Assembly: GCA_963788195.1 (NCBI GenBank)
Contig: CAWBGA010000013.1
Coordinates: 352,001 to 416,000 of the forward strand
Length of the DNA: 64,000 bases
DNA from: Nitrospirota bacterium
Lineage (GTDB): Bacteria; Nitrospirota; Nitrospiria; Nitrospirales; NS-4
Direction: 5' to 3'
A program made the translations under genes and the position numbers. The notes under the pieces were generated by a model. That model searched no databases, was not told the origin of the DNA, and saw only the letters and a list, made by a program, of their open reading frames with translations. This document shows positions 11,159 through 19,521 of this stretch, piece after piece (within the stretch, counting starts at the first letter, position 1; every line of letters begins with the position of its first letter).

Positions 11159-11799
11159 TGCCGGACATGCGAGAAATAATGACATCGCCCTATGCGGGAC
11201 TCTTTCCCTCAGGACTAGTGGCCATCTTATTCTGCGGCGCGTGGCTCGCAGTACATCTGTTGGTTCTGCAGCCCCTTCAGCAACGACAGGCGCAGCTCGA
11301 TACCGACTGGGCGGTGGCCAGGCAGCACCTGGCACAGCGTCTTGAGGCGAAGCAGACCATCAAGGACCTCGCTCAATTACTTGCCCTGCTGCCGTCCTCA
11401 AGAGATTTCTCGCAACTTCCCCTGGCCATGAGCGAGGAGGCTAAACGAAACAATGTGACGCTCGCAGGGTTGTCGTACACCATCGAGAAAAGTGACCAGA
11501 TGCCTGCCGTGAAAGTGACTTTTAAGGGACCCGTTACCGGCCGTTACGAAGATCTTCGCCGATTCATTTACCACTTGGAATCCTCCGACCGCCTGCTGTT
11601 CATCGAAGATCTGGACGTCGGGCAGTCTGCGCTCAGCGAGAAAGACATAAAGCGCAGGGAGATGATGACTTTCACATTGCAAATCTCGACCTACATCCGG
11701 CAAACCGCTGGATCACTGCCTGCGGGAAAGGGTCGCGAGCAAAATGTAAGGAAGGCTTCTGCCGATCAGGAGCAGGCCGAGGTTATCCCATGGGCATAA
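11158..11799 (+). CDS. PilO-like protein
   Basis: TM helix, coiled coil, VTGRYEDLRRFIYHLE...LLFIEDL motif. Confidence 0.8.
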   Translation: MPDMREIMTSPYAGLFPSGLVAILFCGAWLAVHLLVLQPLQQRQAQLDTDWAVARQHLAQRLEAKQTIKDLAQLLALLPSSRDFSQLPLAMSEEAKRNNVTLAGLSYTIEKSDQMPAVKVTFKGPVTGRYEDLRRFIYHLESSDRLLFIEDLDVGQSALSEKDIKRREMMTFTLQISTYIRQTAGSLPAGKGREQNVRKASADQEQAEVIPWA

Positions 11800-11821
11800 A
11801 GACATGTCCTGGCACCGAGGG

Positions 11822-11925
11822 CCACGGGAAAAGGACGCGTCCCGACGCGTCCGGGGAGGGTGGGTGGAGTGGCGGGTGCCCGGGAAAAGAGGCTGTCTTG
11901 GCAGCCTCGGGGCTGGGCGGGTGTA
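11822..11925. repeat. Two units of the G-tract/hairpin dispersed repeat
   Basis: GGG-AAAA-GGACGCGTCCCGACGCGTCC-GGGG-A-GGG-T-GGG (11826-11864) and GGG-AAAA-GAGGCTGTCTTGGCAGCCTC-GGGG-CT-GGG-C-GGG (11882-11921). Confidence 0.85.
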
Positions 11926-11929
11926 GTAT

Positions 11930-12622
11930 ATGACCACGCGTGCCAAAGGGATGGCTCTTCTGCTTCTGCTCGTCATTTGGGCGGGCCTTGGGGCGTGGCT
12001 TCTCATGAACACGAATGAGCCGCAGCGGGTTCCTTTAAAATTCATCTCAGGTCAGTCCGGCGCGGAGGGAACCCGAGGACAGGGCAATGCCGCAAAGCGA
12101 ATCGACCTCGCGCTTCTGATGGCTCAGCGGCAGAAGGCCGACAATTCCTTCATGGCGCCCAAGAATGTCTTTAGGCCCCTTAAGATGGAACGAGAGATCT
12201 CCGCCCCTGCGCCCCCTCCAAAAAAACGTGAGATCCCACGGCAGGAGCTGTCGCCGGCGGTCCCCGGATACTCCGCCCGCTCCAGAGTCTCCAACCGTTT
12301 CTCCAACGCCTCCCCCGGAAGCGATGGCCATCCCGCCCGTCATTCCGGCCGCTCCACGCACTCCGGCTGCTCCGCCCGGGCCCAGCCTGAAGAGTTGGCA
12401 AGGCAGGCTGGACGCCAGGAACTGTCGCAATATCGCTATCTTGGCTATCTGACCCGGGCCGGGATGGATGAGGCATTCCTCTCCAGAGGGAAGGATCTGC
12501 ATATCGTCAAGGCCGGCGAGACCATCAATCAACGTGTCCTCGTGAAAGCGATCACCCCGACCGGGGTCACTCTTCAAGAAACGGCTTCCCAGGTCGAACA
12601 CACCGTCAAGCCTCTTCCATAA
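11930..12622 (+). CDS. Membrane-anchored Pro-rich protein, PilP-position/HR-domain-like
   Basis: N-terminal TM, KNVFRP, C-terminal YRYLGYL...AFL...IVKAGETI. The Pro-rich linker reads better in the +1 frame at about 12262-12385, suggesting compensating indels. Confidence 0.6.
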   Translation: MTTRAKGMALLLLLVIWAGLGAWLLMNTNEPQRVPLKFISGQSGAEGTRGQGNAAKRIDLALLMAQRQKADNSFMAPKNVFRPLKMEREISAPAPPPKKREIPRQELSPAVPGYSARSRVSNRFSNASPGSDGHPARHSGRSTHSGCSARAQPEELARQAGRQELSQYRYLGYLTRAGMDEAFLSRGKDLHIVKAGETINQRVLVKAITPTGVTLQETASQVEHTVKPLP

Positions 12623-12741
12623 TCGGTCAGAGGGGCTACCGAAGGTACCGCCCGATGCGCAGGTTGGAGACTGTGCTGAAATGTGGAGATTCTTGATATA
12701 AGTATGAGCATGAGCTAGGCCGCGTTTAAAGGAGAGGCAGC

Positions 12742-13333
12742 ATGTCAACTCGCATCACAAAACAAACCGGATTTACCTTGATTGAACTGATGATTGTGGT
12801 CGCGATCATCGGGATTCTGGCGGGGATCGCGATCCCGAATTTTCTGCAGTATCAATTGAAAGCCAAGACCGCCGAGGCGCAGACGAATGTCCAGGCGATA
12901 AAGATCGGGATGACCACTATTACTGCTGAGATGGGATGCGCCCCAGCCATTACCCCAGCGCCTCTTGCAGTGCCGCCGCCCGGCGGTGCGCGGACACCGT
13001 GGCCCGCTGCCGCTCAAGCCACGACGGCCTTCCTATGTGCGTCTCCTCCGGCCGCAGGGACGTATATCGGAACTTTTACTGACATCGGGTTCACCCCCGC
13101 CGGTCCTGTCCGCTACTCATACGGCGTGGCCTCCTTTCCCGCGTCCACTCCTGCCGCCATTGGAGCGAACGGATGTGCCAACCCCACGGTGCTTCCGGTG
13201 GGTGCAGGAGCACTGGGAAATGTGGGATGGCTGGTCGGTGCCGTCGGAGAACTAGACGGAACGGCGCCGAGTGCGGGATTTCAGAGTAGGGGACGCCGGA
13301 TCAGTCATTAACTGCAATCCGGGACATTTCTAA
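12742..13333 (+). CDS. pilA: Type IV major pilin-like protein; probable +1 frameshift at GGGG 13289-13292
   Basis: G-FTLIELMIVVAIIGILAGIAIPNF with RBS AAGGAGAGG. Removing one G extends the C-terminus to SRDAGSVINCNPGHF* (stop 13331-13333) and supplies a fourth Cys. Confidence 0.85.
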
Positions 13334-13347
13334 GGTTTCTTCTCAGC

Positions 13348-13897
13348 TCATTGCGGTCGCGGGCGCAGCGCTTCCTGGGCTTCTTCCTCGGAGAGCACGC
13401 CCTTCGTCTTCAACTGCAGGATGAGTGTCTCCAGATTTTGTGTTGCCATTCGCCGAAGTCCACGGACTCGAAATGAAGGCGGGAAAAAAATCACGTAATC
13501 CGGGGATCGAAGGCGGACGACAACCGGCTGACTTTCGCGGTACGACTGGAAGTTCCGGTAATCCGCCGATGGGCACGACGAAGTAGGGTTTGCCCCCCAT
13601 ATCGCCGTCATGATTGAGGACCTCAAGGTTTCCTAGAGCGTTTTTTCCGGCCTGATCCAACGCCTCGAAAAGCACGAGCACCAAGGTTCCCGCCACAATG
13701 GGCGCGCCGGTCTGGTTAATGACTTTCACGGAATACGCGTATTCATTCGAGAAGTTATCGTGTTGCTTGAACGAGACGACTGAGACCGCGCCGCCGGTCA
13801 AGTCCTCGAGTTGATCCACGTCCACCGCGAGACATGGGGACGTCGCAATAAGCAGGAGAAACACTGCGGGTCCGTATTTGTGAAGGCTCGTTTTCAT
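13348..13897 (-). CDS. Exported hypothetical protein, frameshifted near 13548
   Basis: Signal peptide MKTSLHKYGPAVFLLLIATSPCLA; a protein-like C-terminus (LQLKTKGVLSEEEAQEAL) is in the overlapping ORF 13348-13626. Confidence 0.6.
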
Positions 13898-14092
13898 GCC
13901 TGTGTCATCTCCGAGAATCGAGGCAGCGAGAAAGACACCTTCTCATTGAGACTGCTGCTCTGTCAACCGATGAGGCGAAGACTGGAATATTTCAAAATAT
14001 TGACATTGATGTAATTTTCCCTTAAAACTTTCCCAAACACTGCCATTTCCGTTTTGGCGTAACAAGGAAAAGAGGCTCTTATGACGTGGGGA

Positions 14093-14506
14093 ATGCATAC
14101 CAAGGACAGCCCCGGCAAGGGCCGGGTGCTTGTGGTTGACGATGAGGAAAATATTCGTAAACTGGTCCGTATGTGCCTGACGAAAGCCGGCTATGATGTC
14201 GAAGAAGCGGAAAACGGGGAAGAGGGCGAAAAGATCATTCGAGCGAACGATAATCCGCTTATGGTCGATGTCATTCTCTGCGATATCCGGATGCCCAAGG
14301 TGAATGGCATTGAAGCGATTGCCTTCTTTCAAAAGGAGTTCCCTTCTGTTCCCATCGTTGTTATCACCGGATTTCCTGACACGGAGATGGCCGTGGGTTT
14401 GATGAAACAGGGAGTGTTGGATTACGTTCCGAAACCCATTCTCAATGAGAAGCTCTTGGACGTGGTCGATAAAGCTATGGCGAAGCGGACGTCATTAAAA
14501 GGCTAA
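14093..14506 (+). CDS. Stand-alone response regulator receiver
   Basis: VLVVDDE, CDIRMPKVNG, VITG, KP motifs. Confidence 0.92.
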   Translation: MHTKDSPGKGRVLVVDDEENIRKLVRMCLTKAGYDVEEAENGEEGEKIIRANDNPLMVDVILCDIRMPKVNGIEAIAFFQKEFPSVPIVVITGFPDTEMAVGLMKQGVLDYVPKPILNEKLLDVVDKAMAKRTSLKG

Positions 14507-14875
14507 CATAATCGCAGCGACCTTTTGTTCCTGTCCCAAATTTCGGGTAGGGCATCTCTCCAGCAGGAATCCGGTGAAACTTTTAGCGCTTCATTGCGTC
14601 TCAAGGATGTGAGTATTGTGCTGTCTTTGGCCGAGAAGGCTCGATGAAGTCAGGGTTTTCCTGACATATGCTCAAATTTTCTGGGTTTTCTCCGGTCAAC
14701 AAACTTCAGGCGATTCTAAATAATGACGCGTTCAATGCTGCGGCCCGAAGAACGGCTTGCAAAGTTGGCCTGAAGGCATCATTTGCCAGGCGTTCCGCGG
14801 AAAGGCAGCTAAGTTGTAAGGGTCTTGACCGACACCAAAACAAAATACCAAAGGCGCGCAGACATACCTAGCACT

Positions 14876-15736
14876 ATGAAAACTGCCTCGCCGTTGATAT
14901 CTTTATTGAGTATATCGCTGTTACTTCCCGCCTGCGCGAGCTCAGACCCCACAGTCAAAGATTTCAAAATGATGCAGTCTGTTTACAAGAATCAAGCACT
15001 GAAGGATCAGCAGACAATCTCTGACTTGCGACGCGACTTTGACGCGGTGCAGCGCGAGCTCAATACGGCCATGGTGACCAGGGCGGCAGTGGATGTCAAA
15101 CTTTCAGAGGCCCTCCGGCGTGTTGAACTGCAGCGTGACGAACTGACCCGCGTGAAAGACGAGCGGACGCAATTGACATCCCAACAAACAACCCAGATAG
15201 CGGCGAACGTCCGTCAATTGACCGAGGAACATGCGCGAGTAAGAGAGGATCTCATCCAATTCGCCAAGACAATGAAAATACTCACCGAGCACATGGGGGA
15301 GCTGGAGAGGTTAAAACAGGCTCTGACGGAGGCTGGGCGGGATACGCGGTTTCAGTCAATCGAGGCGGCTCTGAACAAACAGAATGAGGTCCTCGCTGGT
15401 CTTCAGGTAAGCATCGAGAAGGTACAGGGATCGTTAGTTGAGGCTCAGCTGCAGGCACAGGAGAAGCCTCAGCCGCAGGTGCCCGCCACTCTTCCCGCTC
15501 GAAAACGGAAACAAACATCGGTGCCGAAGGACATTCCTGCCGCGCCGGAGGATATCCCTGTTAAGCCTCCGACTCGCACGATCATCATCAAGCCAGGTGA
15601 CTCGCTGAAATCGCTTGCCCAGAAATATAAGGTCTCGTCGGCTTACCTGAAAGAACTGAACGGCTTGGCAACGGATGACATCCAAGTCGGACAATCCTTC
15701 ATCGTCCCATCGGTCAAGAATCCGGACAATCCGTAA
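14876..15736 (+). CDS. Coiled-coil lipoprotein with C-terminal LysM domain (paralog of 5963-6730)
   Basis: Lipobox LLPAC; coiled coil; IKPGDSLKSLAQKYKVSSAYLKELNGL...GQSFIVP. Confidence 0.85.
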   Translation: MKTASPLISLLSISLLLPACASSDPTVKDFKMMQSVYKNQALKDQQTISDLRRDFDAVQRELNTAMVTRAAVDVKLSEALRRVELQRDELTRVKDERTQLTSQQTTQIAANVRQLTEEHARVREDLIQFAKTMKILTEHMGELERLKQALTEAGRDTRFQSIEAALNKQNEVLAGLQVSIEKVQGSLVEAQLQAQEKPQPQVPATLPARKRKQTSVPKDIPAAPEDIPVKPPTRTIIIKPGDSLKSLAQKYKVSSAYLKELNGLATDDIQVGQSFIVPSVKNPDNP

Positions 15737-16002
15737 CGTCATCAGACGTAAACTAATATGTGACGCATGAAACGATAATCTCACGGCTGCGATCGGTGTC
15801 GATGGTCCCTCTGCAGCATCGACCCGGCCTCATCTTCAACCACCGCTCGGATCTGGCTATGACTCTTCATCAGTGACAAAAAATCCCCACGAGGAAACCG
15901 CCCCTAGTAGGTGTGCCTAATGCAACTGAGTCTGTTATTCTCATCGGTATTGTTATTTTAACAGGCAAAAAGTACACTGACCGGTCAAACCAGGAATGTT
16001 CA

Positions 16003-17280
16003 ATGGCTGATTCGGACGGCGCCCAGGATGAGATAAGCCGCCTCAGGGACGAGTTGGAGGCAGTCCGCCGCCTGTGTCAGATACTGTTCCAAAAGACGAA
16101 GCTCGATGATCTCGTAGAAGCCGCGTTGCGGAGCGCCCTTCAGGAGGTGGACGCGGAAGCGGGCTCCGTGCTGCTCGCGGATGCAGATTCCAAGCAGCTC
16201 ATCTTCCACTACTCCGTAGGAGCGACGGTGCCGCGCGGAACGGCCATTCCGTGGGACAAGGGCATCGCCGGCAGCGTCTTTCAATCAGGAGAGCCGGCAA
16301 TTATCGCCGACGTCAAGAAAACGAAACAGCATTTCGGCGAGGTCAAGACCGGGTTCGTCACGCGTGACATGATCACGCTTCCGCTGAAACAATGGGAAGG
16401 CGATCCAATCGGAGTCATGAACGTTCTCAACAAGCGAAACGGGACCTTGGATACAAAGGATGTTCGTTTGCTCACGATCATTTCCGCGTTTACTGCAATC
16501 GCCATTCAACAGGCGCGCCTGTTCGAGGAAGCCAAGCTGGCAGAAGTGGTACACCGGCTCGGCGATCTGGGTCACGACTTAAAAAACCTCCTGACACCGA
16601 TTGTGATGGGAAGCCAGATCCTCAAAGATGAGCTTGCGGAGGTCTTCGAAATGCTTGACGTCGTTGAGGACGGAAAAGCCGACAAGCATCGCGAAATTTG
16701 CGACGACGTGATCCGCATGCTCCAGGACGGCGCTGAGCGGACGCGAGACCGTGTTCGAGAAATTGCCGACTGTGTCAAGGGGCTCAGCAGTTTGCCGAAC
16801 TTTGCCTCCTGCAATGTCATGATGGTCGCGGACAGCGTCGTCAAGACCCTTCGGGTGGTGGCTGAGGAAAGAGGGGTCACGCTGAACGTGAAAGAAACTG
16901 CAACGTTGCCTCTAATCCTCGCAGACGAACGCCGCCTGTTCAACGCTCTCTATAATTTGGTGAACAACGCGATCCCCGAAGTCTCTGCCGGCGGCTCAAT
17001 CACGGTGAGTGGAAAATTGGAACCGGACGGTAAACACATACACCTCACTGTGGCGGACACCGGTCGAGGCATGTCCTGTGAAGTCCGCGAAAGCCTGTTT
17101 TCCGCGCGAGCCATCAGCCGCAAGGCCGGCGGAACGGGGCTCGGCACGAAGATTGTGAAGGACGTCATCGACGCCCACGCAGGTACGATCTGGGTCGAAA
17201 GTAAGGAGGGCGCCGGCACCACCTTCCATGTGTGCCTTCCTATCTCCTGTCTTAGTGCCATTACACCCAACCCGCCCTGA
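16003..17280 (+). CDS. GAF-domain sensor histidine kinase 1
   Basis: GAF domain (TRDMITLPL...IGVMNVLNK), H-box GHDLKN, NLVNNA, DTGRGM, GGTGLG. Confidence 0.93.
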   Translation: MADSDGAQDEISRLRDELEAVRRLCQILFQKTKLDDLVEAALRSALQEVDAEAGSVLLADADSKQLIFHYSVGATVPRGTAIPWDKGIAGSVFQSGEPAIIADVKKTKQHFGEVKTGFVTRDMITLPLKQWEGDPIGVMNVLNKRNGTLDTKDVRLLTIISAFTAIAIQQARLFEEAKLAEVVHRLGDLGHDLKNLLTPIVMGSQILKDELAEVFEMLDVVEDGKADKHREICDDVIRMLQDGAERTRDRVREIADCVKGLSSLPNFASCNVMMVADSVVKTLRVVAEERGVTLNVKETATLPLILADERRLFNALYNLVNNAIPEVSAGGSITVSGKLEPDGKHIHLTVADTGRGMSCEVRESLFSARAISRKAGGTGLGTKIVKDVIDAHAGTIWVESKEGAGTTFHVCLPISCLSAITPNPP

Positions 17281-17795
17281 AGCTTGCCAAGACAAGCTTC
17301 TTTGCCCCTGGCACCCAACCCGCCCTGAAGCTTGCCAAGACAAGCTTCTTTGCCCCTGGCACCCGGCACAGACCCGTTCCCCTGAAGCTCGCCAACCTGA
17401 CAAGCTTCTTTGCCCCTGGCACCTGACATCGCCCTGAGCTTCCCCGACGGGACAGACCTCTTTTCCCCTGAGCACCCCGAACCTGAACAGGCTCTTCTTC
17501 CCATGTTGCCCGAAATCTTATTTCACCCACCCTTCCCCCGGCATGCCGGGGCATCGCCGACCGCGCCAAGACAGCGCTTTTTGCCCGTGGCACAATTCCT
17601 TTTCCCATTGCACCCACCCAGCCCTGAAATCTGCCGAGACAGATTCTTTTCGCCCATGGCACCCCAGGCTTTTGAAATCCCGCGGGACAGATTTCTTTTC
17701 CCCATTGCACCCCCCAGCCCTGAAATCCTATTTCACCCACCCGCCCCGGCGCTGCCAAGACAGCGCCTTGTCCCGTGGGACAGATTTCTTTCCCC
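17264..17795. repeat. Tandem/nested array of the C-tract/hairpin repeat
   Basis: Two identical 48-bp units (17264-17311, 17312-17359: CACCCAACCCGCCCTGAAGCTTGCCAAGACAAGCTTCTTTGCCCCTGG), then degenerate and nested units. Confidence 0.9.
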
Positions 17796-17955
17796 TTAGC
17801 GCCGGCTGCGAAGGGGTCCGAATAAATACACTTCGTATCTAAACAGATAGTCTGGTTCTTTTCTCGCCGCGGAATAGTCACAATTTATCAACCTCTTAAC
17901 ACCGGCCCACATTTTGCCTAGAACCATCATAGGGACACCCGGCAAGGAGGCCACT

Positions 17956-19308
17956 ATGTACAATATGGAACCCGATATAGCAGGCAACTTGATGACGGGA
18001 TTTGCAAGCATCGGAACAGGTGATACTGAGGGAACCCACTCGACTGACGGATCTGCCCACAGCCTCTTCCAGCGGCTTCGCCAGCGCGAGCGTGAGTTGG
18101 ACGCCGCACGCCTATTGAGTGAGGTACTGTTTGAGCAAACCCGCCTTGACGAATTAGTCGAGCAAGCCCTACGGACAGCCCTTGATGTGGTCCAGGCTGA
18201 GGCCGGTTCCGTGCTGTTGGCCGATCCGGAGTTGCGCCAATTGGTCTTCCATCATTCGATTGGAAAGAGTCCCGTCCCTGCCGGCACAAGAATTTCGTGG
18301 GATTACGGTATTGCGGGGGCTGTCTTTCATTCGGCAAAGGCGGAAATTATCCCCGATGTCAAGCGTGACGGCCGTCATTTTCCCGGGATTGACTTGGAGG
18401 TGGGATATACGACGCGCGATATGATTACGTTGCCTCTTAAGCGATGGGGAGGCAAACCCATCGGCGTGCTGAATGTCCTGAACAAGCGTAACCACCGCTT
18501 CACGGAGGATGATCTTGCCATCCTGACTATCTTATCCGCGCTGACGTCAACCGCGATCGAGCAGACGCGGTTAGCGGAAGAGGCCAAGCGTGGGGAGATG
18601 TTATGTCTGCTGGGCGACATTGGTCACGACATGAAAAACATGCTCGATCCAGTCCTCATGGGACTAGGGTTACTGCAAGACGGAATTGACGAGATGTGTG
18701 GCCTCTCGCAGCAAGAGCAGAAACAGGCGACGCGCGACCAATGCAACCATGTGATTGAGATCATTCGCGGTTCTTCCCGCAGGCTCCAGGAGCGCGTTCA
18801 TCAGATGGCCGAGTGCGTGAAAGGGATAAGCTCAGAACCCCAATTCGCTCCGTGCCGACTATCATCTATCGTGGAAGGGGTAATGACCACACTAGGTATG
18901 TTGGCCGCACAGAACAACATCGTCCTTCGCGCCGATGGCCTAGAGGACTTGCCGCCTATCATCGGCGACGAGCGCCGGCTGTACAATGCATTATATAACC
19001 TGGTTAATAATGCCATCCCGGAAGTTAAGAGCGGTGGTTCCATTACGGTGCGCGGGCGCGCAGCTGCAGCAAGAATCGTCCTTTCGGTCAGCGACACGGG
19101 AAGGGGCATGCCGCCGGAGGTTCGGGACAGTCTTTTTACGGGTTGCGCCATCAGCCGTAAGCCCGGAGGCATTGGGCTGGGCACGAGAATCGTAAAGGAT
19201 GCTGTGGAAGCGCATGGCGGTACGATTACGGTCGAGAGCGCGATCGGGGTCGGCACCACGTTTGAAATCCGTTTACCGATCTTCCCTCCGCAATCGAAGA
19301 CGCCGTAG
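17956..19308 (+). CDS. GAF-domain sensor histidine kinase 2
   Basis: RBS AAGGAGG; GAF domain, GHDMKN, HATPase_c motifs. Confidence 0.93.
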   Translation: MYNMEPDIAGNLMTGFASIGTGDTEGTHSTDGSAHSLFQRLRQRERELDAARLLSEVLFEQTRLDELVEQALRTALDVVQAEAGSVLLADPELRQLVFHHSIGKSPVPAGTRISWDYGIAGAVFHSAKAEIIPDVKRDGRHFPGIDLEVGYTTRDMITLPLKRWGGKPIGVLNVLNKRNHRFTEDDLAILTILSALTSTAIEQTRLAEEAKRGEMLCLLGDIGHDMKNMLDPVLMGLGLLQDGIDEMCGLSQQEQKQATRDQCNHVIEIIRGSSRRLQERVHQMAECVKGISSEPQFAPCRLSSIVEGVMTTLGMLAAQNNIVLRADGLEDLPPIIGDERRLYNALYNLVNNAIPEVKSGGSITVRGRAAAARIVLSVSDTGRGMPPEVRDSLFTGCAISRKPGGIGLGTRIVKDAVEAHGGTITVESAIGVGTTFEIRLPIFPPQSKTP

Positions 19309-19521
19309 AATATCATCCTTCCTCTGCGATCGGCTCCGAGAGTCGGTCGTCTTCGTCCTTCCCGCCCACGGACTTCTGTGCTATGTTCTGCCTCGCTGAT
19401 CTTCCGATCAGACTTCTTTTTTTAGTTTCTCAGACTCGATTTCCACTTCTACGGAGGGGGAAATATCAAAGACACCAACGAACGTCGTGCTGTTAACGAA
19501 GTCCGACTCGGATCGCTTGGG

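Noticed and set aside
14648..14664. GTCAGG-N5-CCTGAC palindrome (also TGTGA-N6-TCAAG at 33362) as regulator sites
   Set aside because: Single short occurrences; cannot be assigned without comparative data.
17264..17795. CRISPR array
   Set aside because: Units abut with no unique spacers, the variable parts are self-complementary stems, and no cas operon is present.
16950..17881. ORFs with repeated GARGKEACLGKLQG / PEACQDKLLCPWH peptides as RiPP precursors
   Set aside because: They are translations of the DNA repeat in several frames on both strands; conservation is in base pairing, not codons.
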